From NCBI RefSeq assembly GCF_001447785.1, contig NW_015160214.1, positions 135,993 to 199,992 on the forward strand: DNA of 64,000 nt, written 5' to 3'. Positions 12,304 to 23,309 of the stretch are shown piece by piece. Within the stretch, counting starts at the first letter, position 1; the number at the start of each line of letters is the position of its first letter. The notes below the pieces were generated by a model. It ran no database searches. It was not told the origin of the DNA and saw nothing but the letters and a program-made list of their open reading frames with translations. Source of the DNA: Gekko japonicus. Lineage: Eukaryota. A program made the translations under genes and the position numbers.

Positions 12304-14882
12304 CTATAAATATTTCAGTTCATTACTAAAAACATATTGTAAAAGATCACTATAACAATCAAAGCCAAAACTACGCTCACAGAAGCTGTCAACACCCTCT
12401 TCACATATTTAGCCACCAGTTACAACTTGGGCTGCCAGGCCTCCTACCGTGGCGGGGAGGACTCCCTTTCCAAACAGTTCTGCTCTTTGCAGTTTCCTAA
12501 AATTTAGCAGAGTAGGCACCTACCTAACGAATTTGCCATCAATCTTCCCAGTTCACCCTGTTCACCTCCTCCCTTCTGGCCTTGTAACCCAAACACCTAT
12601 GAGAGAATTGAAATCAACTTTTAGGTCTCAGTCCGCATTTTGAGAAACACCGACACGCAGCGCTTTAGGGTAGGATTTCCCATGCTATAAAATTATTTCC
12701 TGTAGAGGGGACAACCAAGGCAGCCACAGGACAGCCAGAGTGATAGGTTAGAGTGCAGAACTAGGATGTGGGAGATCCTGGTTTAAACCCCTACTCTGCC
12801 AGAAAGGATCGCTGGGTGGCCTTGGGCCAGTTACAAACATTCACCTACCTCACAGAGTTGTTGTGAGGACAAAAAAGGAGGAGAAGGGAATGATGTAAAC
12901 TGCTTTGAGTCCAAAGTGGGGTATACATGAAGCAAATTAAGACAGTGGGAGATGTGTGAACAAGCAGGCCTGTCAGGGAAGCCTGAGGCCTGGCACTGTG
13001 GGTTCCCGGGGCAAGTGCACAGAAGAATCAGATTGTTTCTATAAAAATAATTATAAAGTTTATTTCTGAAGTATTATTCAAGAGAAATTATTGCCAACAC
13101 ATTACTCCAAAGTCATACAGGAGAAAAACAACAACAAAAGTTAGCTTCAGCTACCTAACACTCACAAGAACTGCATTAGGTGGCAATAGCAGGTCATAGT
13201 CTTGGTCTACAGTCCATGAAAATCTCAGCTAGCCTCCTTCCTTCTGAGCCAGAGTTCAATTATAATTTTTTGGCCCTGCACATCAGGTGATGATGGTATC
13301 CAATCAGAACGTGTCCCCAAGAGAAACCTCTAGAAGATTACCTCACCACTCCCACTCTCCTTCCTCCTATCACAGATCACAGGTTTCCATGAGGAGCTAA
13401 TTAGCAGACTTCCATCTTTGGCCTTGAGGGTGATAAGAATCCTGCAGGCCAAAGGACCAATTAACAACACCTGCAGAACAGCTCAGTCCCATCACCGTTC
13501 ACATTAACCCTTGGGGGGATGCTGGGGAAGGCGCTTTGCCTCACAAGGTCAAACTCTGCCATGCCTTTCCCAAAATTCTTCCCACAGGGTACGATGTTAG
13601 GTCCTGAAGCAGGATGGGGGCTGATCCAGGATGCATAGCACAGGAAGAAGCCCAGCTCTGGGCCTTTGGCAAGAACTACAAGTGACTGCACTAAAAGTAC
13701 CTGGTGATGAAATGTCAGCATTTCCTTAGATTAGCCCATACACATCATTAATCAACCAGACAAGAATTGGCTGTTGACAGTCAGCCTTAATTCTGGATTT
13801 TCCCCAGCCTTCTCCTTCCTCTTGCAAACACTAGAGTTGACCTGCATGATACAAACGATCTCAACACCACCTAATTAATTCAGGACTGCGCTCTACCTGG
13901 CTCCTTTCAAGCAAGGCACAAACGGAGGGGAGGGGAGCGGAATACTTAACTGGGGACCAGGAATCCAAAAGGAAGTGGAGCAGCTGGAGCAGTGAGCCCA
14001 TTACCATAGCCTGGTCTACTTATGTTATTTCAAAGTTGATTTCCCTTCATGACTCATGAAATTGCATATTATGGGGAAGGATCCAGGAGGAGAGTTCTGT
14101 TACAAGTGTCCTAGGCCCAGAGAAATTATCCTTGGATCTCAGAGGATCATATTAATACTGTGCTATCCTAACGTCAATTGTGAAAATACCCTTACTGGTT
14201 TTGATGCTCTTATTATTGTCTCTTGCAGCACAACTCTAAACATATGCTAGTTTAATAAGGAGGTCTGTGGGCTCAGTGGTAGAGCATCTGCTTGCAATAC
14301 AGAAAGTCCCAGGTTCAACCTCCAGCATCTCCAGTAGAAAGACATCTGTCTGAGACCCCGTAAAGCTGCTGCCTGCCTGAGTAGGCAATACGGACCAAGG
14401 GGTCTGTCTCAGTATAAGGCAGGTTCATGTGGTATGGGATCAGTGCTGGTGTGAGAGTTAAATCTACTTTGAGAATCAATATGGTGTAGTGGTTAGAGTG
14501 TTGGGCTAGGTTCTGGGAAGTTTCGTTTCAAATACCCCCCTCTGCCATGGAAGTTTGCTGGGTAACCTTGGGCCAGTCACAGACTCTCAGCCTAACCTAT
14601 CTCACAGGGATTAGGGAAGGATAAAATGGAGGGGAGCAATGGATGATGCTTTGGGACCCCATTGGGAAGAAAGGTGGTATATAAATGAAGCAGATAAATC
14701 TCAAAGGCTATGAAACCAAAAACATATTTTTAATTAAGAAAAGCAAGTAAGCCCTTTGACAAGGCTAATTTAGAAATGGACTTTAATGGGTCCTAATGGA
14801 TTCTTTTGATTCCCTCCCCACCCCTAGCCTGCAAAGGGAACATCCATAGCTAGGGCTGTCAGCCTCCGGGCGGGGCCTGAAG

Positions 14883-15784
14883 CATAGCTCCCTCTAAGCT
14901 GTGCTAGGGGGTGCTGGCACACAAAGTTTTAACAGGCAACTCAGGGATTTCTGCTTCAGCCCACAAGGCATTTTCCCCTCCATTGGAAACAATGGAGGAT
15001 GGGGGCACCTCCTTCTGGGGCCCATAGAGTTGGACCCCCTGGTCCAATCTTTTTTAAACTTGGGAGGGGTTGAGGACAGGCACCAGCAGCTATGCTGCAA
15101 ATTTGCTGCCTCTACCTAAAAAAAAAACATCTCTGAGCTCCAGATACCCCCAAGATCAATCTCCATTGTAGCCTACAGGGCCCATTGACTATAATGGTCC
15201 CCATAGGCTACAATGGAGCTGGGGGGAAAACCCTTTTTCCCCACATCCATATTTTTCTTTTCAGTATGATTTGTAAGCTACCTTGAGTCACAGGGAAAAG
15301 TGGGATACAAATATCTGAATAAATAAGTCGTCTGGGCGGGTTGATAACATTTAAGCAACTTCCTGTTTGTTAGGTTAGGCAGGGTTCTGACAGTGATTGT
15401 TCCTCCTCTGCTATACTTGACCTGTAATGCTGGTTGTCATATTTCACTAAAAAAAACCAAAGTAGACTGCATGAGCCCCCCCCCCCCACCAGTGCTGATA
15501 TGTTTTCTAAGGCTCAGCATAGGGTGACAGTCCGAGGCCAGGTCTACCAATATAGTGGCATGGGGTGGGTGAAATTTGACTTGATTCTGTTTTCTCTTAT
15601 AATGTTTAAATTATTCTTAAAATATAATTTAAAAGAATGTATTCTGAGATTTTTACAAGGTTATGGAAGCAATCTTCTAAAAAACTAATTTACGTGATAG
15701 TCAAATGTAGACTCGCTCATTAAATCTATTAGCTTTTTTAGCTCACAAGACAGAATTTCTGCTCACAACTTAGAGGGAACATTG
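14883..15784. mobile_element. 902-bp longer relative of hAT MITE family A, nested in a TAGGGTTGCCA-type MITE
   Basis: Ends CATAGCTCCCTCTAAGCTG / CTTAGAGGGAACATTG; TSD GCCTGAAG/GCCTGGAG. Confidence 0.75.
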
Positions 15785-16161
15785 GCCTGGAGATCTCCCA
15801 GAATTAGAACTTATCTCCAGGCAACAGAGATCAGCTCCCCTGGAGAAAATGGCTGCTTTGGAGGTGAATTCTATAGCATTATACCCCTCTGTGGTCCCGC
15901 CCCTCCCCAAAGCCATCCCTCCACAGGCCCCACGCTCAAAATATCCAGGTATTTCCCAACCCAGGCAACCCCACCCCATGGCATGAAGCACTTTGCCATT
16001 CATCTGACCTAGAACTCAACAGAGCTTCACCCTCTCCCCCAAGGTTGTTGCCTGTGAATAGACTTAGAATCTGGAAATAATGCAGTAGTGTTTAGTCAGA
16101 GTTGAGAACCTGTCTTCTAGCGCTGTGAAGTCACCTTGTGGGGACTGGTGATTAAGGGAAA

Positions 16162-17742
16162 GTCTGAGTGAGGATCACAGAACATGAGTTGCAGGCAGAT
16201 TTTTACCAAGACATCCATCTTACACTACAGGCTCTTCTTCAAACCCTGAAATACCACTCCCCCTTTGTAATTAACACCCAGCATGAGAATTTCAAGGAAC
16301 TCAAAAGCTTGCATGCAATATTTTGTGGTACTCTGGGTAGTCCTAATAAAAAAGGCTGTGCACTACTACTGTTTTGGGATCTGTCATTTTATAAATTAAG
16401 CATACCTGGGACTATGGGGCGTGGGGGTTTGAATATCTTCTCAACTATGCACTTTAGCCTGTCAACCTGGATGCAGGGGGGGAAAGGTTGTTTATTGTTG
16501 GGGGTAACTGGTTACCCCATATTGACTTTTGTGTTTACAAATGAACGCTAACGAAACCTAAAAACAGAAGTCATATATTTCCTCTGCAAACATAAACATG
16601 CACAGTTATGTCTTGTGGTGTATGTTCGTACCCCACATGCATGTTTAATAGCCAGCGATTACATAACTTCATGAAACAGCCCTATTGAAAAGAGAGCAAA
16701 AAACTTTAGCTATGTTTCTAATGAGCTAAGTTTCCCCCTCCCTTGGGGTAAGGGAAATTATAAAAGGAAATTAATTTTCCTTTAGCAATATCATACATCA
16801 GACTGCCAGCGACAGTGTCTCACTAACTTTTGAATTTTTAGCACGAGTCCACCTGTGGTGGGAAATTACTCCAGAAGTCCAGGAAATTAGCCACTCATTC
16901 ATTTACTTGCTTACTTCGCCTACTGTCCATCTATGAGACTGTCTGAGTGAGGATCACAGAACATGAGTTGCAGGCAGATTTTTACCAAGACATCCATCTT
17001 ACACTACAGGCTCTTCTTCAAACCCTGAAATACCACTCCCCCTTTGTAATTAACACCCAGCCTGAGAATTTCAAGGAATTCAAAAGCTTGCATGCAATAT
17101 TTTGTGGTACTCTGGGTAGTCCTAATAAAAAAGGCTGTGCACTACTACTGTTTTGGGATCTGTCATTTTATAAATTAAGCATACCTGGGACTATGGGGCG
17201 TGGGGGTTTGAATATCTTCTCAACTATGCACTTTAGCCTGTCAACCTGGATGCAGGGGGGGAAAGGTTGTTTATTGTTGGGGGTAACTGGTTACCCCATA
17301 TTGACTTTTGTGTTTACAAATGAACGTTAACGAAGCCTAAAAACAGAAGTCATATATGTATCACACTACACTGGCACATTTCCTCTGCAAACATAAACAT
17401 GCACAGTTATGTCTTGTGGTGTATGTTCGTACCCCACATGCATGTTTAATAGCCAGCGATTACATAACTTCATGAAACAGCCCTATTGAAAACAGAGCAA
17501 AAAAACTTTAGCTATGTTTCTAATGAGCTAAGTTTCCCCCTCCCTTTGGGTAAGGGAAATAATAAAAGGAAATTAATTTTCCTTTAGCAATATCATACAT
17601 CAGACTGCCAGTGACAGTGTCTCACTAACGTTTGAATTTTTAGCAAGATTCCACCTGTGGTAGGAAATTACTCCAGAAGTCCAGGAAATTAGCCACTCAT
17701 TCATTTACTTGCTTACTTCACCTACTGTCCATCTATGAGACT
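16162..17742. repeat. Tandem duplication of ~780 bp (16162-16940, 16941-17742)
   Basis: Near-identical copies at offset 779; about a dozen substitutions and a 22-bp indel. Confidence 0.95.
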
Positions 17743-17948
17743 CAGAGCAAATTACAGAATTATATAAATAACGTCATAACACATTAAACTCTAATAAAAC
17801 TGAATTACACAATTAAAGAACAATGAAACAAAACCAGTATAATAACCAGTATAAATACACTGGATTTCAGTTAGTCCCAATTTTCACTTTATGGCCACAC
17901 ATTCATTTCTGTGCTGGATATGCTTTTTTACTACCCTATACAATCCTT

Positions 17949-18165
17949 AAAGTTGTCAACCTCCAGGTGGCAACCAAAGATTTCCTGCTATTACAACTGG
18001 TCTCCTGAAGATCAAGATAAGTTTCCCTGGAGAAGATGACCACTTTAGAGAGCGGACTCTATGGCATTATACCCTGCCGAGGTCCCTCCCTGCCCCAATC
18101 CCGCCCTTTCTAGACTCCACCTCCAAAATCTCCAGGTATTTCCCAACCCAGAGCTGGCAACCCTA
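17949..18165. mobile_element. TAGGGTTGCCA-type MITE
   Basis: Same body as 3606-3799; ends CTGGCAACCCTA. Confidence 0.7.
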
Positions 18166-18787
18166 ACAAACCTCATTTTCTCTCTCTCTGGCATGGCATA
18201 TTACGTTTTCCAAATGAAACCTGACATGTTGCCTTCCACCAACGTGGTACAAAAAAGGCTAAGACCTCTAAGTTTCCAAAACAAACCTAATTTAAAAATT
18301 ATCCAAAATAAATTCATACACTGAATACCGGCTTTTAATTTCCACACCAACAGCAAAAGTCACTTAAAAAAATTCTGTTCCACCAATCAGTGAGAGAACA
18401 GGCTCAGTCAATTAGCAAAAGAAATTTCGTAGAGTAGGACATGACTGTTTCTTCCGCCCTGCTAACAAAATAAGCTTTTGCTTTTTAAAAATAAATTACG
18501 CACTTCTACCACTCTTGCCTCACATATGAAGGATTCTAGCCGGAAGGAAGTTGTGGTGATATGAAACTTTGCCACTCATTCAATCACTAGGCTAGGAGGT
18601 TTCGTATTCGCCAATCCATCGAATTTCCGGCTCTTTTTGAGCGAGGGGGGAGGGGGAAGGGGTGAAAGATATAATAATCCCGATGTTGCAGATTGTAAGA
18701 GGCAAAAAAGTTCTAAGGAAGGGGTTTAACATGTATGTAGCGGAGGTTGTTGTTAATATCGGGGTGTGCGCAGAGACACAGTGGTAT

Positions 18788-18885
18788 AGTTTTATTCATT
18801 GTATGAGCTTTCGTGTGCACTGCACGCACACTTCCACAGATACAAAGTGTGCGTGCACACGAAAGCTCATACAATGAATAAAACT
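18788..18885. mobile_element. Penelope-like inverted-repeat remnant (hairpin)
   Basis: Perfect 33-bp inverted arms AGTTTTATTCATTGTATGAGCTTTCGTGTGCAC / GTGCACACGAAAGCTCATACAATGAATAAAACT. Confidence 0.65.
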
Positions 18886-19139
18886 TGATTCGTCTTGTTT
18901 GTTCTGCTTCTTCAGACCAACACGGCTACCCCCCTCCCCGATGCTGTACTTCAACAACAGTGTCTTGATTACACCATTGAATGAGTCTTGTTTTAAAACG
19001 GCTTCGTTTTGTGACTTCTTTTCTCTCCTGCCTTTTCGCTGTTTGCAAACTGAAATATAAATGCATCTGCGAAATGAACGTAGGGCTCGAAGGCTGCAGG
19101 CGCGATTTCATTTTTTTAACAATCTAAATGAAGCGTTTT

Positions 19140-19620
19140 CATTGAAACCGGAAGTTTATATATATATTTTACTCTTAACTCTAGGGTCGAGGGTGTTGTG
19201 TTGGAACGTAGATCTTGGCTCCCCCACAAGGACACTCTAGGATCCATCTTTAATTTCTCGTTGCCCTTCTTGACAGGAAATTCCGAGACTGACTCACGGT
19301 CATATGCCCGGAGGCTTCGCAGAGCCCGATCCGCCTGGCTAATACAACTTCCGGTCTCCTAGGTGCCTTTCTAGGCGCAGAAAGCTTTCTCTGTGGCTGC
19401 TTGTAGTTGCGGTGGTGACATCGCCCCTCTATCTCTATGGTTGAGCTAGATTCTGTTCTCGGCAGCTGGATGCCGGCTCAGTGATCGGCCCGAGGGAATC
19501 AGTCGCTGACGGTGGAGACGAGCCTGACCGGGATTGAGGTACGACGACTGTATTTGGGGCTTGGATTGAGGCCTGGCTCAAGGTCCGGCCCGGGAGGCGT
19601 GGGGGTGGGGCGCAAACTAG
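19140..19620 (+). promoter_or_regulatory. SYS1: SYS1 CpG-island promoter and non-coding first exon (donor GAG|GTACGA at 19538/19539)
   Basis: Local CpG enrichment; ETS motifs ACCGGAAGT (~19147) and ACTTCCGG (19347-19354); splice donor ~2.5 kb upstream of the first coding exon; TSS not determinable. Confidence 0.7.
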
Positions 19621-19932
19621 GAGCTCAGTGAGGAAATTAGTTGAGTATTTGGGAGTTCGGTGCTAGAATAGCTCGTAGGTCGGGGAGGAGCTCCGGTCTT
19701 GGAAATGGGGTTGAGGGGTGAGAGCAGTGCGTGTTTTTTGCTTGGCAGAGCTCTTGTATCTTTAAACGGCTTTGTGGAGGGCAGCAAATCAACAGGTGCC
19801 GTTTCCCGTCGTGTATGGGGATGTAAGGATGGGGGAAGCCATATCAGGACACAACAGCGCTTCACCTGGGAATCCTGGCTAGTGTTGCCAACCTCCAGGT
19901 GGTGTCTGGAGATCCCCCGCTTCACCTGGAGA

Positions 19933-20357
19933 CAGGGCCGGCCCAAGGTGTTTCTGCGCCCTAGGCGAGGTGCAGATGCCAACCTCCCGGGGGGGCCCAA
20001 ACACCTCCCCTCTGGAGATTGGGGCTGCCCCTGCCCAATGATCCACTCTCAGTCCACTCTCTCTCCCCCTGGATCCTGCCGTATGGACTGACCCCATCCG
20101 GGCGGAAAGCGCCTTCAAAGCGGATTCTGTATTTGGGGGGTGGAGTTGCACCTTTGCTGCCTTCCTCTCGCTCAACCCACTGGAAGGGCTTCCCGGGGGG
20201 GATACTGCTGTGCCTGCCTGTGCTGCGCCCCTCCGTGTCCTTTTGGTGGGGGCTGCGGGGCTTTGGCGGGGGGGCGCCGGGTCCTGTTTGGTGCCCCTAA
20301 GGGCTGGCCCACACTCTAGGCGAATGCCTAGTTCGCCTAGTGGGTGAGCTGGCCCTG
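19933..20357. mobile_element. hAT (Tip100-like) MITE nested in a TAGGGTTGCCA-type MITE
   Basis: TIRs CAGGGCCGGC / GCTGGCCCTG; 8-bp TSD CCTGGAGA. Confidence 0.85.
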
Positions 20358-22096
20358 CCTGGAGAAAATGGCTGCCTTGGAAAGTGGACTCTATGGCATT
20401 ATACCCCATTGGCATCCCTCCCCGAACCCTGCCCTCCTCCGGCTCCACCCCCAAAGTGTCCAGGTATTTCACAACCCGGAGGTGGCAACCCTGCTGGAAA
20501 AGAGTGGCTTAAGGAGTAAGGTGTGATTCTGAAGGTTATTAAAAGGAACGCTTGTGCCATCCGGATCCACTTGGGGCCTGACACGTTTTCTCAGCCTCAT
20601 CCCCCCCCTCCTTCCCCCCAGCTCCAATATTGGGGTAATGCCAGTCTTCACTGCTACCCGTGATGTGCTTCACAATTAGGGGTAACTTTGAACATTGCAA
20701 AATTCTTATATAAAAAGCTGACTGTGTACAATTTCGGCATAAAAGTAGAAATGTACATTTATACATACGCAGGATTCATGCCAATTCCTGTGTGGTACTG
20801 TCTTCTTTGTTGGAACTCTGCACTGTGTGAAGTCACCCCCGAGTTGGAATTTGACCTTTGCTGTCAGAGTTCCAGCACTGCAGTGTTATCTGCTGCATTG
20901 CCCTTCAGACTACGTAAAGTCCCAGTTTCAAAACAAAAGGACACCTTTTGGAACTGACGTAAGAAAAATGTGGTAAACCCATGAGCCCTATTAAATGGGG
21001 GAGTGTTTTAGCACATCTGCCTGCTTTGGGATTTCCTTTGGAGAGAGAATAGCCTTAGAAGGGTGGGAGACATTGCTTTAAATATCTCAGGCAAGGAAGG
21101 ACAGGTGTGGTCATTAAGTGAGTCACCCCCCCCCCAACATTATGCCCATAACTTTAAATAAAAAGGTCACACACACTCTCCAATCAGGATATTAGAGCTG
21201 TCTTTCTCATTCCCTGTTTGTGAGTTTTTAGACGCACCTAAGTGGCCACTCTTGGACACAGAATGTTTAGATGGCTCTTTGGTCTGAATTCAGAATGTTA
21301 ATTCTGCTGTTCTGTGCCTATGGAGAGGGATCCCATTGTGATATCAGTTGTATTAATTTTAAAGGCTGCTTTATGTGAGCGAGATACATTCTGGCCTGTG
21401 CACAGTCATTGGGATTTAAAAAGACCTGTTTCTTTGTTTAGATCCTTCAGTGCCCATCCAGCCAGTATCAGTTTCTGTTTCTTGGCTCCCTTCTGTGTTG
21501 CATCACTGCCAGTGCCATCCATGCAATGTGGTGGTGTCCCTTCTCCTATCCTTTCTCTATTTATACTTGCTTTCTCATGGGGGCCTGAAGTCTTGCTGCC
21601 CCCAAGGAAAGTCAGAGGATGTGAATGGCAGCACCCCTCTTGAGTATGGATCAGGAGCAGACTGGGAAGTTAAAATACCACTGAAGCAAGTCAAGCTGAG
21701 CGGCCCTTGGAGCACTAAAAGCCAGTGCAACAGGGGTCGCTCCCCAGCACCGACAAACGGGCATTAACTTACCCACTGCATTTTCTCATAAATGAGTGGC
21801 ACTGCGGCAGGGAGCAACTTGTGAGCTAATCATTGCCACCACAGCCCCCAAGGGCCCATCGGGATATCTCTCCCCCCCCCCAGTAAGTTAACCGGCTGGT
21901 CCGCTCTCGGTCTGGAGGGTAGGTGGTGGGTGATCCCTTTCTCTGTAGTGACTCATTTTGGCTTTGGGCTCCCTCTCAGGTACCGATGGCCTTGCTCCGT
22001 GTTGTCTCTGGGCACTGAAGTCTGCACTCGGAGCACTCGGAGCGTTGGGGTATTCCTGGCTTGTGTGTAATCAGCCAGCTGGCTTCTCCTTGAGGA

Positions 22097-22258
22097 ATGG
22101 CTCCCCAGTTCCGCAGCTACGTCTGGGATCCTGTTCTCATCCTCTCCCAAATCGTGCTCATGCAGGCGGTTTACTACAGCTCTCTGGGCCTTTGGTTGGC
22201 TCTGGTGGACAGCCTGCTACGGAGCAGCCCGTCTCTTGACCAGATCTTCAGTTATGAG
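22097..22258 (+). CDS. SYS1: SYS1 Golgi trafficking protein, coding exon 1 (MAPQFRSYVWDPVLILSQIVLMQAVYYSSLGLWLALVDSLLRSSPSLDQIFSYE)
   Basis: Nearly identical to the human SYS1 N-terminus; phase-0 donor GAG|GTAGGC. Confidence 0.97.
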
Positions 22259-22425
22259 GTAGGCACTTAAGCTTGGAGCAGGGATGGGTGGAAGGCCTGA
22301 TCATTAAACTTGAACTGTGGTGGGGGGGAGAGAGGAATACAAAGTTCTGAAGATCAGCATTGCAACCAAACAGGATTGTTGCCACCTTAGGGTTCCAGGA
22401 TTTCTCAGATGTTCTCCTTAAAGTT

Positions 22426-22661
22426 AGAGAAAAAGAAGAGATTGGATTTATACCCGCCCTTCACTTGGAGTCTCAGAGTGGCTTAAAATTTCCTTTCTCT
22501 TCCTCTCCCCACAGTGGACGCCCTGTGAGGTACAAGCTCTGAGAGAACTTGTAACTGATCCAAGGTCACACCAGCAGCTGCATGTGAAGGTGTGGCGAAT
22601 CAAACCCAGTTCTCTCAGATTAGAGTCCACGCTCTTAACTACTACACCAAATTGGCTCTCT
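22426..22661 (-). mobile_element. Squam3-like SINE in SYS1 intron
   Basis: Same head and tail as other copies. Confidence 0.8.
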
Positions 22662-23118
22662 CTATACAGTTATGGGCATGATCCACATTCTGTGCTTGCC
22701 ATTCCCAATGCAAAACAAGCCCCTGTGTTTCTGTCACTCTGCAGAAGGCAGAAAACAGAAATGCTCAAGAAGGCATTTCATAGAAGGACTGGAGTGTCCA
22801 GCCTTTAAACAGAAAGAGACTTTGTTTGTTGAAAGCTAGAGTTCAGACCCTCCTTGGATAAGTGAACCATGCTGCAACTTTTCTAAAATGTTTGCACCAT
22901 TAAGTGTCCGTTTCTGTATTCCCTTCTATTTGATTTGGTTGCTTTGTTATGTTTGTTTAAACCTAAACGCTGCATTCTTAGAAGAATAATTTGTTAGGTT
23001 TTTCCCCTGCCCTGGTTTTATGAGCAGAGCACACGAAAGGAGGAGGCTTGTATTTTATAGATCTTGAACTAGTTTCCAGTTTATCTACATGGCTTCTTCT
23101 CTTTGTAACCCTGCATAG

Positions 23119-23186
23119 ATCTTGGGATTCTCCACACCCCCAGGGAGAGTTTCTATGATGGCATTTGTCCTAAATGCACTAACCTG
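23119..23186 (+). CDS. SYS1: SYS1 coding exon 2 (ILGFSTPPGRVSMMAFVLNALT+C)
   Basis: Acceptor CATAG|ATC, donor TG|GTAAGT, 68 nt; matches human ILGFSTPPGRLSMMSFILNALTC. Confidence 0.97.
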
Positions 23187-23309
23187 GTAAGTCCATATCT
23201 CTGGCATTTCTAAGCACTGTCTCCTGTGTTTCTAAGAACAGATACATTATTAAAGGGGTGAAGGAGCAAGACTGGTGATCAGCTGGAGACATGGACATAT
23301 CATATCTGC

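Noticed and set aside
1-13000. SDC4 exons, expected upstream of SYS1 from human synteny
   Set aside because: No syndecan-like signal peptide, SG motif, transmembrane or EFYA exon, and no second CpG island found.
14262-14430. tRNA gene (also ~41216, ~48050-48130, ~6200-6270)
   Set aside because: Degenerate A/B boxes continuing into a shared repeat body; these are tRNA-derived SINE heads.
16168-17330. Twin 127-aa ORFs
   Set aside because: GTG starts, no homology; similarity is just the tandem duplication.
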